Position numbers and translations under genes: made by a program. The notes beneath the pieces were generated by a model. That model saw nothing but the letters and a program-made list of their open reading frames with translations, ran no database searches and was not told where the DNA came from. A stretch of DNA of 59,962 nt, the filler included, from Catajapyx aquilonaris (lineage: Eukaryota), in the NCBI GenBank assembly GCA_000934665.2. It is 3 parts of 3 records of this genome, joined end to end, with 100 filler letters (N's around TTAATTAATTAA, not from the genome) between each part and the next. Parts side by side here need not be neighbours in the genome. Positions count along the whole stretch, not along the records: positions 1 to 19,915 come from KZ539523.1; positions 20,016 to 39,953 come from JYFJ02006364.1; 1 more part is not named here. One strand, written 5' to 3'. Shown piece by piece: positions 12,128 to 23,249 of this stretch (positions are counted from its first letter, which is position 1; each line of letters starts with the position of its first letter).

Positions 12128-12489
12128 TCGAAGAGGCTAGAAGACTGCTGTGAGAGAAACCTCGCTTCCTTACATTGACCCAATGAATGTTGAAGTGCAG
12201 CTGGAGGAAACTCCAGATGACAACCTTCAAGGAGTAGAATTTGAACCAGATAAATAGGTAATAAAGATTAATAGATAATTTAATGCAATAACCATTGAGT
12301 TCCTGAGACTTATTGTAGTCTACTACTCCCCCTATTACCTGCGGAGGTCATTAGCATGCTCCCTGTAGGTCCTACCTCGAAATGTCCCTATCCAACATTG
12401 ATCAGGATGGTCTGGGCCACAACATATCCGATTTTCAGGCAAATGGAACGGAAGGCCACTCGCCCATATATTTTGTGCCTCCTCCTTTG
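11456..12489. mobile_element. Non-autonomous long-TIR element with internal ~105-bp tandem duplication; hosts a SINE
   Basis: CAAAGGATGAGGCACAAAATATATGGGCGAGTGGCC... matches the reverse complement of ~12350-12489; no clear TSD. Confidence 0.6.
11752..12121 (+). mobile_element. Full-length SINE family A (tail type 1)
   Basis: A box TGGTGCTGCGG, B box GGTTCGATCCC, (TTA)n tail; perfect 15-bp TSD TATTCATCGAAGAGG at 11737 and 12122. Confidence 0.92.
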
Positions 12490-13306
12490 TTTTGAATTGA
12501 AATTTTGAAAATATGACAAAATTGTCAAAGAAAGCGACAATACGAAATTTTAATGGTTAGCTAGATTGGGCTCTCGAATCCATTCAAATAGAGTGGTCGA
12601 CGACGTCTGTAGCTCAATTGGTTCACGAGATATGACCAATTTTTGAAACCCTACCTTCCGACATAAAGGCCAGTTTTTTTGGTGGGTCTATCTCCAGGGA
12701 GGGAGGGGGGTACATCGCAAAACCGCACAAATGGTATTTTTTGTAAGGTGTAATTAAACCGATGCGCCGATTTTCGTCATGATCTGACAACCCAAGGGTC
12801 AGGGGGCTCGGTGAATTGACATGGAACGACCCTAATAATTAATGGGCATGAGCATCTTTAGAAGGGGTCGGGGCTATAACCCAACCCTTGTGGATACAGC
12901 TGGCCCACTGTACTTCTAACTGGAACTGACCCCTACCACCCATTTACCCCTCATTGGGCTCCAAAAGACAGTCTGAATTTGGTACAGTAGAAATACTGCA
13001 TACAGATCTAACAAGTAAGCCATCCAGATACAATATGCAGTCACTAGGTCTCAGTCCCATCTTTCATTCTGAACCAGCCGAGATACTGTAATTAGAAATG
13101 AGAACAATACAACGACTTTTGTGGCATGGCAGATATGCCATGTGATGCATATAGGATACAGGAAATTATTCTGCTCATTTATATGGCAACTGGCAAGTTA
13201 TGGTAACTTTTTTATCCTAGGATATCTTGCCTGGATTTTGATGACAGGCAGAACTTCCTGCAGCTCTAGGTTTTGGTTGTCATCCTTTATAATGTTTGCA
13301 CTGCAG

Positions 13307-13613
13307 GTATTGGACTGAATGCTTACCTAAATTGACTCGAATTCCAGAGAGCGTATTCTACAGCATAGTTTGTTTTCCAGGGTGGTTTGGAATGCGGAAA
13401 AACTTTTGCCAGTTTCTGCTTGGGATTTGTCCATGCCTGCAGGAGTATGGCAATGTGTCCTACAATGTTCAGAACAATGAACGTGATGACCCGCAGCAGG
13501 AGCGGCAGCAGCAGAGACAGTTCCCTGTGACCCATAGCAAATTGGACAAAGGAATGAAGAAGCCTGAGCCCAAAGCCATTGTGCCCCAGCTTTACATTGA
13601 TGTTCCTGATTAA
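13307..13613 (+). CDS. Probable terminal exon of an unidentified host gene
   Basis: Acceptor TTTGCACTGCAG|G; ~100 open codons of non-repeat, protein-like sequence (YWTECLPK...QLYIDVPD*); no upstream exons identified. Confidence 0.4.
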
Positions 13614-14740
13614 GATAGGCTCTCTCCCACTTTTTAACCCTTTGATGGCTGGATTTTTTGGGCGGTTTTTCTCTCTTCTAATTATGAAAATTTGTAGTAG
13701 GATTGATATTAATGAAAAACAATATGCTCCAATATTTATCATTTGAACTCATGGTGGTCATATTGAATGTAAACCGCAGAAAAAATTCATCTACAGAATG
13801 TTCCAGAAAAAAATTTAAAGTGCAATTAACTTTAAATGTAATTAAATTTATTTAGAGAACATGGGATGTATCATTTGGATTAGGCTGAAACTTGGTCAGT
13901 TGATACATCTTGACCTCAGGGTCAATTGTTCTGAAGGCCCAAGAAAATCTGCCGTGCCGTTTGGCCGCTAGAGGCTCTCAAAGTTCGATTTACAAAGCTG
14001 TCCAAACTTAGTGAAATTGACAAATATTGTAGAGTTCGATCAGCTGAGTCGAATGCGCCATGGGACAATTTTATCTGACAAACCATTTGACTGCGAGACA
14101 AATAAATTAGACTTCAACATCGGACCTTTTACAGCATTACCTCACTTAAAACGGCATGCCTTGTAGTCGAGGTTGACCAGTTTTTAGAAATGCACGATCT
14201 GGTGGCTATACCGGCATGGCGGTCTAAGCGAGATATGCCAGTAGTATAAGGCGCGATTTTCTTGCGATATCTATTGAAAATTATTATTACTAAAATGAAT
14301 GCATTGCACCACGTTCTATCAGGCCTGGATTTAGGGCGGTGCGACCGGTTCCCCCGCACAGGGCGCCAAGCCGAGGGGGGCTCCTGAGGCCGCCTGGCCG
14401 AGAACAAAAAAAAATTAACCCTAGTCAATCTTGCAAAAGTATCGCCCAGTACCCTGCTTCTTCCAGCCTGGCCCTGTGAGGCGGACGCCTTCTGAACAAC
14501 CCAAGCCATCCTTTACCCTTCAGCTGGGTCCGGAGCACATTCGCAAAATCGACCACCACTGCCCAAGTGCGCCTCTGGGACCGTGCAGCGACGTGACGGC
14601 AGCTCCAAATCCAGAGACTCTTTAAGCGCAAGCAAATGGGGAGGGACCTGCGGGGGGCTGGGGTGTGCCAAGCCGAGGAAAAACAACAGAAAATCTCCTA
14701 TCTATATATGGATATTACGGGGATGGTACTACTTATTCAA

Positions 14741-14933
14741 ACCGAAGCAGTTTGGAGGAGGGGATATGGTGTCCTACTGCTAATCGGGATGTCCTGGGAT
14801 CAAATCCCGGGACCGGCAACTCTGACCATGGTTTTCTGTGGTTTTCCATGCCCCCCCCCCCAGGACAATTCCAGAGTTGCTTCAGTAATTAATAGGCCAC
14901 AGCCGCTTCCTTCCGTCCCTATCCCATCCCAAC
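14741..14933 (+). mobile_element. tRNA-derived SINE family B, 3'-truncated
   Basis: Head ACCGAAGCAG...CTGCTAATCGGGA..GTCCTGGG..AATCCCGG, shared with the copies at 41385 and 59400. Confidence 0.75.
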
Positions 14934-15162
14934 GAGTAGAATGAAAAGCAAAGAGTTCCAGGCAAGTTTTTTTTGCACAAACTTTAAAATGCGGCAAATA
15001 AGGTATCTACTGCTAGACCATCTCTACACCCATATGCCATAATGCTAAATATCAAGTTTCAGTCGTACCGCGCAATACCGAGGGGATGGGGAAAATCGTG
15101 AAATTTTGGAATAGGTCTAAAATTCTTAAATTAGTTGAACTGGTCAAAACCCAATAAACATG

Positions 15163-15503
15163 TAATAATAATATAATCCTGCGGTAGTGCTTTCACCCCA
15201 CATGTGGGTATATCACACGGACCTTTAATTTTGATGGTACATAATTGGTGCCTATTCATTGAAGCGCCCGGCCCCACGGGCGGGATAACAGGAGGGGATG
15301 TGCAAGGTGTAGTGCAGTGTCATTGCTAATGTCGTTTTGTGAACTCCCCCGGGTGGTTTGTCTTATCGGAAATTTCCACACGAGATGAAGCCAGAGACGG
15401 CCCAACTCTGCACGAGATGAAGGTGGTGACCCCGGGCTGGGATCGTCCCTGGGACCTTATCATCTGTGGGCGCGTGCGTTACGGCAGCGCCACTTCGTCT
15501 CCG
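15163..15503 (-). mobile_element. SINE family A (tail type 1)
   Basis: Full-length reverse-complement similarity to 11752-12121. Confidence 0.8.
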
Positions 15504-16816
15504 TCAAATACACAAATGAAAGAACACGAGGAGAATGCACCTATGGAGTGAGTTGCATTCATTTCGTCGTATTTCTTTTGATATAATTTTTACCCGCTTT
15601 CACTCTTCTAAAAAATTCGGAAAAAATATCTCAATTTCAGCCTTTTCCTAAACTTCGCGATTTTCCCCTCCCGTGGAATAGTGCAACATGAATGAAACTT
15701 GGTATGCAGCATTATGGCACAGGCGTTTATAGCTGTGATTTTTTTTCAGCAAATTCCGAGATGGTCTGGTAACATTTCGGCCCACTTGATTTAGAATGAT
15801 CCCAATATCTTGACGACTTAGGTTTTTTTGACTGCTCCACTGAGGTCAATTACACAGTTCAGACAGAGTGAAAGGTCAGCTATAGAAATCAATTCCCATG
15901 AATGAGCTTTTTTCTGATTTTAAAAATCTAGCAAAAAAAGGAAAAATACCAAAAAGAATTATTACAAAAATCAATTGTGTTTTAGTGGGGGGAGCGCCAA
16001 ATTTTTATCCCAAGTTCAGTTTTATGAATGTTTTAAATTTTGCAAAAAAGCAACTGTAGCAAACGGACTCAGTGTAAAAATTCAGTGCTTCATTGGGGGC
16101 GGGGGGCGGGNNNNNNNNNNNNNNNNGGGGGGGGGGGGGGGGGCAAATTACCTAAGTCCGCCCGTGGTTCTATGGTACCGATACAGCCCAGGACACTTCT
16201 ATTGCCTGACACATCCCATAAGATCGTTCGTTAAGTTCAAATTTTACGGCAACATTTTCAATTAAAAGTGCGAGGTCGCTAGAAGGGAAGCATGCCTACC
16301 AGGATATTTCATAAGTTTTGGGTTGGATTTAATTATCTGAGAAATGAGGCTTCTCGGACAAATTGATACCACTATGCAAAGTGATCGTCTGATTGCCAAC
16401 GAGATCTGCGACCAGCGAACTATTGATAGCAAAACGAAGGACTGAAGGAATTTGCCTTGATCCTTTGCAGATCCTTTGTAATGTCTAGGGGGGTTCCCCT
16501 CTCAGAGCAGGCTGACAGTTGGATTCGTCACACTCTGCCCAGTGCAACAGATGAACTTGCATAGTCTCACAGCCCTGTACCTCAATTTATACCGGCATGC
16601 CGCTTTAAGTGAGGTAATACGGTACTGGTGAGCACCTTTACTAAGCTGACACTGAATGTCAAGTCCCTTTTAGTGTCTCATCTTTTCATCCGTTCATTTT
16701 AATTTTATCTTAATGATGTAAGTTTTCTGGACCTGCCATGTATTTTTAAATAGTTGAACACTACCGTGTGTGACTTGCAGTAAAATATGTTGGGTTCTAT
16801 GTTTCATGTGTATGTA

Positions 16817-17671
16817 CAGTAAAACTTCTATAAGTCGAAGGTCTACAGGGTGGGCGAAAAGTCCCAGGACACCTGGCTTTTTTTTGCCTGCAAAACAAAT
16901 CTGTGCATGGAAAATGTGTCGGAGATGCTGGTGTAACATCTTCTGGACACTGACGGAACTGTTTGATGAGGGGAGACATCTGACGACCCCCAACAAACAG
17001 TTCCGTCAGTGTCCAGAAGATGTTACACCAGCATCTCCGACACATTTTCCATGCACAGATTTGTTTTGCAGGCAAAAAAAGCCAGGTGTCCTGGGACTTT
17101 TCGCCCACCCTGTATATAACTCGAAGAAAATAATGAGCTTGGTTGGTCACAATGTAAAATAATTGGAAATAAACTTCCCTAACTCGAATTTCTATAACTC
17201 GAAGTTCTCCATAACTCGAAGTGCAGGCAGGGCCTTACCATGGGATATCAATGCATTTTCAGTCTCCCTAAGTCCAAGTTCATGTTGGCGAGTACGGAAA
17301 ATTGTCTCATTTCCCAGCCGAAGGGTCGAGAGTAGGCCACATGCACAGAAAGGCTCAATTTCCTGATCTCCGTCTACCAGATGTACCGAAAGAAGTGTTT
17401 GACTTGATGTGACAATTGAATGCTTGAATCTAATAGTATAGGCAAATGTCCATAACAAGAGTTTTTTTTACACCAATACAACGAGGAACATTGTAAGTGT
17501 GATAGTGACAGTTATTTTTAAGTTTTGGACACCTTTCGTCGCTGGACATAAAGGTAGGCTTCCTTATAGAGTTATGTGCTTTGAAAAACCCAAACTTCTC
17601 TAACTCTAATCTTCTATAACTCGAAGTTTTTTTCCGGTCCCATGGAGATTCGACGTATAGAAGTTTTATTG
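16817..17671. mobile_element. pogo/Tigger-type MITE (partial second copy at ~27377-27770)
   Basis: TA|CAGTAAAACTTCTATAAGTCGAA ... TTCGACGTATAGAAGTTTTATTG|TA; internal TATAACTCGAA repeats. Confidence 0.75.
16846..17112. mobile_element. Near-perfect 267-bp palindromic Tc1-type MITE nested in the Tigger MITE
   Basis: TA|CAGGGTGGGCGAAAAGTCCCAGGACACC...GGTGTCCTGGGACTTTTCGCCCACCCTG|TA; arms ~120 bp. Confidence 0.9.
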
Positions 17672-17833
17672 TATTAATTTACTTTCAGCGTACCCAATAA
17701 GGATCATTATCTTGCATGTTGCGTGCGATACACTTCTATGTCAAAGTTATTATAGGGTGGTTCCATTTCAGATCAGCCAGTCAGTGAAAAAAGGTGTCAG
17801 GTCATAGTCATCGATTTTTTTGAAAAAAATATA

Positions 17834-18260
17834 CAGGGTGTATCTGAACTCAGTGCCCCAACGTATATGACTGCCTTCCTAGCCACCAGAGGATCGATTT
17901 AAGTATAGGAGTCATTATGTTTGGCCGCCGCATTACGGAGATAATTGGCCGCAAACATGTAGTACAAAATATCCTGTCGGTTAGGCCACCCATCGAACCC
18001 TCCCCCAGTCAGAAGGCTCTGGAAGGTCTGGGGGCGGGACTTTGTTGGTTTGTTGCCCACAGGTGGTAAGGCCTCTTTGGCTAGTTACACCAGAAAATTC
18101 TATTTCAAAGTCAGAAGGAGCGATTAGGCAAAAATCGCTAAAGAGTGTATCTCAGTAATGAGGCTGCCCAGACATAATGACTCCTATATACTTAAATCGA
18201 TCCTCTGGTGGCTAGGAAGGCAGTCATATACGTCGGGGCACTGAGTTCAGATACACCCTG
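17834..18260. mobile_element. Tc1/mariner MITE
   Basis: TA|CAGGGTGTATCTGAACTCAGTGCCCC...GGGGCACTGAGTTCAGATACACCCTG|TA; TIR ~100 bp. Confidence 0.9.
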
Positions 18261-19148
18261 TATGTGAAACCCACATCCAATTGAACTCTTATGGAGCAAT
18301 CAGTTTTACTAGATTAAATTTAGTTATCGAGATATTAATATTTCTTTGAAGGGGTACCACAATCACAATCACGCGAAGACGCACTTTTTCCCGCTTTTTC
18401 CATTGCTTTCAATGAGGATATCTCGGGAACTGTTCTGAGAACCAACATGAAATTTTAAACTCGTGCTTTTGGAATAACACACTGTCATTTAATGAATAAA
18501 TTTACCTCATTTAATGGTACAGTCACCTGCAAAAAAAATCGCCAATCTTGCATATTTTGGTCAAAATGCGCATATTTCGCAATTTATTACGCCGTTATGG
18601 TAAACGTGACGGTTGTGCTGATTATATTTTGTGATACACTCGGTGACCCCCTCCAGGTTATGAAATAAAACCTTCGTTAGCTCCGCGTGTAGTTGAGATA
18701 TGAGAAGTGAAAATATGGCAACAAGCGAAAACATGCGTATTTCAAAAATTATATTCTCGAAAAATCCATTTTTAATTTTTAATTTTTAATTTTTATTTTA
18801 CAAGGACGGACCTGTTATAAAATTAACTGGTGTCAAAACCTGGTATATATTTTTTATACGTGAGATATAAATTTTTGTAAAGTCACAACTTTTGTAATTG
18901 TGCTACAATATGCACACTTAAAATAAATATTTTCTCGAAGAAGGCATTTTGAAATTTTAATCGCTATTTTTTGTATAACAAAGTAGCATGAGTTCGATTA
19001 GAAAATTATATCAAAATTCGGTACATATTTGTATTCAGGGAGATACGAATTTTTCTTACAGGGGCGATTTTTGTTTCTATGCAACAACATGCACATTTCA
19101 AAAATTAATATATGGAAAACGCCATTTTAAATATGCAATATTCTTTTA

Positions 19149-19262
19149 TCTCTATGTCTATAAATAAGGAAGCTTGATTGTTAGTTTGTGAGTTTGTTTG
19201 TCCATTATAGAAATCCAGGGGAAGGCCCCTACACCGCCTTAAATTAGCATATCGGGGGGTAC
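19149..19262 (+). mobile_element. Helitron 5' fragment (family of 37641)
   Basis: TCTATAAATAAGGAAG...ATAGAAATCCAGGGGAAGGCCCCTACACCGCCTTAAATTAGCATATCGGGGG. Confidence 0.65.
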
Positions 19263-19915
19263 TATATACGACATATAGTTTCATACCCCCCGCAAACGAG
19301 CTTTATCCTGGCTATCCTAAGCAACCCACACGGCATGATAACAGACCCGAGTCAGCGGCAACAGGGCTTGGGGGGTTGGGCTGGCTACGGAACCAGGTGG
19401 GGGGGCGGGTCGCTGGGCTGACCTTGCTTACACCGTAAGCGATAAAGCCTTTTTTTTGATATTTTTTGACTTGCCCATGCCGGGGAAAAAATAACCATCG
19501 TGTCCACTAAATGCGCGCATACGAGGTTTGATGGCTACATTCTGCATATAATCAGATATCATTGAATTTAGGGAGCATTCTGTTTGCTTTTGTGTGCTGA
19601 TTGTGTGCTGCTGCAATTATTAACTAATTGATGCATTTAAAAGGAGTGTGGGAAGGGGGAGGGGGGAGTCATTTGAATGATAAGAACCCATCAAACAAGA
19701 GCGAATGCCAGCAAAGGCTGGATGCCTCAGGGGTTCGAAGCCCGTCTGGAGCCACAGCTGGATTATTTTTAATTGTTTTCTTCTGTTAATATTATTTTTT
19801 CACCCCGGCATTGTCCTCAAATGATAATTTTACAGATCCCCTGTCTAAAACTATACAGGGTGATCCAACTCTGTGGCACCAACAGTTATTGGAAAAATCA
19901 ACAAGCTGCTTGTTT

Positions 19916-20015
19916 NNNNNNNNNNNNNNNNNNNNNNNNNNNNNNNNNNNNNNNNNNNNTTAATTAATTAANNNNNNNNNNNNNNNNNNNNNNNNNNNNN
20001 NNNNNNNNNNNNNNN
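19916..20015. other. Artificial contig linker
   Basis: 44 N + TTAATTAATTAA (stops in all six frames) + 44 N. Confidence 0.95.
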
Positions 20016-20112
20016 CGACGTTGAACTTGGCCGTATTTCAGATCTCACCACTTTTGACGGCCAAGCAGTCAGGAGAACTTGGCCTTTTTTACAGAAAGGT
20101 TTTTGGTGGGAT

Positions 20113-20445
20113 TATTATTATCCTGGGTGGTGCTTTCACCCCCAAATGGGGGTATATCACACGGACCTTTATTTAGTCATATGTGTACATTTTTTTTTTT
20201 GAAGCGCCCGGGCCCACGGGCAGGATGACAGGAGGGGATGTGCAAAGCGAAGTGTGCGGACTGATATGGGTACATATTGTGAACTCCCACGGGTGGATAT
20301 GTCTATTGGAGATTCCACCCGAGACGAAGCCAGAGACGACCTAAACTCTCCACGAGATGAAGGGGGTGTCCCCGGGCTGGGACCGTACCCGGGACCTTAA
20401 CATCCGTAGGCGCGTACGTTACCACAGCACCACTCCGCCTCCCCC
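20113..20445 (-). mobile_element. SINE family A (tail type 1), followed by (ATT)n at 20446-20507
   Basis: Reverse-complement similarity to 11752-12121. Confidence 0.85.
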
Positions 20446-20508
<63 letters not shown>

Positions 20509-21068
20509 AAAATAGTTCTCATATGATAAGATTGGTGAAAAGATGAAGTATGCGACAATAGCGCAATTTAATTATTACGGGATAAATTCAGAGCAATTAT
20601 ACCATTGCAGAATTTTTATCAAGTCATTGGAGTCTACAGTATTATCATTTTTATAAATGATAAATCATAATTATGTGGGTCCAGTTTCTGTAAGCCAGAT
20701 TTATCTATCAGCTAATATTCAACCTGACAGCTTCAAAATTCCCGTGTTTTACCTACTCACATTAGTTGAATAATTATACAATATTATAACAACATAATTA
20801 TATAGGCATCAACAGCAGTTTATTGTCGACTTATACCATTCCTTCCTCACCACCCACCTTCCCCCTCCTGCTAATTAGTCCCTTCCTGTCCAGCTCACCC
20901 TCTCCTCTCCTCCATAGACTTATCGGGTCATGACCTCGCGTCCTTCAACCACGCCTTCGTCCAACCCTCCCTACCTTGACCCCCACAGAGAAGTACTCCA
21001 TAAATAGGAGGTGGACTGGTGGGCTCGCCCCCTTTCACTCTATCCTTCGCCCTGATCAGGTCCTTCGG

Positions 21069-21116
21069 TCCTTCCTTCCTTCCTTCCTTCCTTCCTTCCT
21101 TCCTTCCTTCCTTCCT
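21069..21116. repeat. (CCTT)n microsatellite
   Basis: About 11 tandem CCTT units. Confidence 0.9.
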
Positions 21117-21518
21117 ACTCCTTCTCACTGTATTTATGTATCATATTGTAATACTACTAGTTTTTAGCCCACCCTTGTACGTTATTCCCACCTATCCCCG
21201 ACGTACTGTTACAGACTTAAAAACTGTGACACTTGTAAAGCAATTCCGGAGCTCTTGTTAGGAAAGGCGGCAAAGTGATGTAGCCCTATCGGTATGTTGT
21301 ATGAAGAAAGGCTTACTGTTGATTTCTTTTCAGTAATGATAACAAACTCAGAAATATTAGCGAGGCTGCAGATACCAAATGTCACCTCTATATTAAACTA
21401 CCTCATTATATACCCGATTTGCATCCTCAAAACCTACACACACTATAGCAACTCTCTTCAAGTCAATAATCTGCAAACTAAGCTTCGGTGATATAATACT
21501 ATGACCCCTAATAATATT

Positions 21519-21552
<34 letters not shown>

Positions 21553-21689
21553 GCAACAAACCTGTCGACCCCCCCTAGTTTTCATTTGATGTTCCCCGGA
21601 AATAAAATTGTATACTTTATTACTACAAGAGTAAAATAACCGTATGTAAGGTATGTAAGTGAGAGAATTTAGTTAATGCAAATATTCAG

Positions 21690-21755
21690 GGGAGCTCCCC
21701 CATGTAAAGGCGTTAAGCCTACCGGGGTAAATAAACTAAACTAAACTAAACTAAA
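21690..21755 (+). mobile_element. Non-LTR retroelement 3' tail
   Basis: Hairpin AGGC-GTTAA-GCCT then ACCGGGGTAAATAAACTAAACTAAAC, resembling the LINE tail at 9774-9815. Confidence 0.45.
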
Positions 21756-22145
21756 CCTCATAATACACTTGAAAAAAGGAGAGTTCGGTGATGAACAGTT
21801 TTATGCGGTTTTATGTCATATTGCAAATTACATTGGTACAAGACGTAGCAACTACGACAAGAGTTACGAGCAATACCATTTAAATTGGCCGGCTCCTAGT
21901 GAATTTTCCAGAGATCACAAGTGGAAGGGCTAAAGTTGAGCAGGGTCATAAAATATCAGTGAGAAAATATTCTCTCCATGGCATGGAGTCTCATCCGTGT
22001 GATGATCATACAAAATAGCCTTTAAAGGTCTCATCGGCCTTCAGAGGTTATGTTTAGTGCGCTACAAGCCACACTCTCGATGATAAACTTTATTTATGTA
22101 GTACTTTTATACCTGCCACGGTGTAAAATAAGTATTAGTCTAAAT

Positions 22146-22293
22146 CAAGGGGGTAATCACTTCGGTACTCCGGTGTACACCTGGGAGTGGTACTCCCTGG
22201 TACTCCTCAGGCACCTCACTCTTTATTACTCCGTGGTACTCCTTGAATTTGGTACTCCAGTGTACACTTTTCAGTCGAGTGATTACCCCCTTG
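22146..22293. mobile_element. hAT/P-type MITE with 8-bp TSD
   Basis: GTCTAAAT|CAAGGGGGTAATCACT...AGTGATTACCCCCTTG|GTCTAAAT; internal GGTACTCC repeats. Confidence 0.85.
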
Positions 22294-22890
22294 GTCTAAA
22301 TAGGTAAAAAAGGGTTGTTCATGAGACCGTTTGCTGATGATAATATTATTATTACAATTATTTTATCATTGGTCCTCATGTCTTTTTAAAATCTAATTAC
22401 GTTGTTCTTTTGCAATCTTACAGTTATTCACGGGGACAAGATAGGTCTAATAAGGTGATCCCTCTCAGCACAACGGACGTTTAAAAAAATCCGATCCACT
22501 GCTATGCGCACGTGTGAGGAGGTATACTCTCAATACAAGGTATTGACAATTCGTGTCCGAAATTTAAGGGGTTGAACTTATACTCTTGGGTACTGTAGGC
22601 TACACCCATATTACAGGATCGAGTGAAAGGAAGATGAGGGGGAATTTTTGTTGCAATATTGATGTGCACTGACAGTTGATGCAAGACGCACACAGGTTGA
22701 TGTTTTATTCCTATGCGAAAAAAATGCAGAAAACAAGCATCGTGTAGCATAAAAATTTACCAACATTACTGCCGGAATTTACGGTAATGAATATAATTAT
22801 TTACATCGAGAGATTCCATACGCATGACAAGTCCAGCTATTGTCACGCTACGCAGTCATGCGAAGATTACCATTTGGAGTACACAACTGA

Positions 22891-22925
22891 TATAAACACA
22901 GTGTGACTTCTGTGAGATGTCAGTG
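22891..22925 (+). promoter_or_regulatory. TATA + Initiator core promoter of IR copy 1
   Basis: TATAAA at 22891; TCAGT with A at 22922 (TATA at -31); same spacing in all three paralogs. Confidence 0.7.
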
Positions 22926-23249
22926 TGAGACCACGACTCCTGTTACAAGGCCAGAAGAAAGGTCAGCGTTAACATATTACGTCGCAAATATCTGGAGAGT
23001 CATTCATGCCTGATTGCACCAATTCAGGAGTGACCAATTGAATTACCGATCCGATAGAACTCTCCTTACAGATCGTTAGGTAGCCCTTTTAACGCGTGCT
23101 AACGATCTGTTAGGAGCCCTTTTAATGTGCGCTAACGATCTGTTAGGAACTATCGAATCGGTAGTTTCGTCGGTGCAATCGGACATTAAACTGATATCTA
23201 AACACTGAGAATATTAGTGATTCCTCTTATTTTCATACAGTATACGAAG

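Larger units (their letters stand above)
8719..12832. mobile_element. Long-TIR non-autonomous DNA transposon (Sola2-like) with nested insertions
   Basis: ~340-bp TIRs starting GGGTCATTCCATGT (8719-~9060 vs ~12497-12832); 4-bp TSD TAAT on both sides. Confidence 0.75.
14132..16622. mobile_element. TA-flanked Tc1/mariner-pogo-type non-autonomous element with nested repeats
   Basis: TA|CAGCATTACCTCACTTAAAACGGCATGCC ... GGCATGCCGCTTTAAGTGAGGTAATACGG|TA. Confidence 0.6.

Noticed and set aside
11782..12230. ORFs with poly-L, poly-Y or poly-N (also poly-I at 59642)
   Set aside because: Translations of (TTA)n/(AAT)n SINE tails.
16694..17162. Overlapping ORFs on both strands with identical peptide segments
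   Set aside because: Artefact of the 267-bp palindromic MITE.
19960..19971. TTAATTAATTAA palindrome as a biological site
   Set aside because: Synthetic linker embedded in Ns and repeated identically at 39998-40009.
22164..22270. Short spaced GGTACTCC repeats, superficially CRISPR-like
   Set aside because: Repeats are 8 bp, irregularly spaced, and inside a MITE with TIRs and an 8-bp TSD; no cas genes and the context is eukaryotic.
23217..23249. GTG starts given by the ORF track for the IRs (23217, 28346, 34553) and TTG starts for the ZF exons
   Set aside because: Eukaryotic genes: the IRs have an ATG 11 codons later, directly before the signal peptide, and the ZF ORFs begin at splice acceptors.
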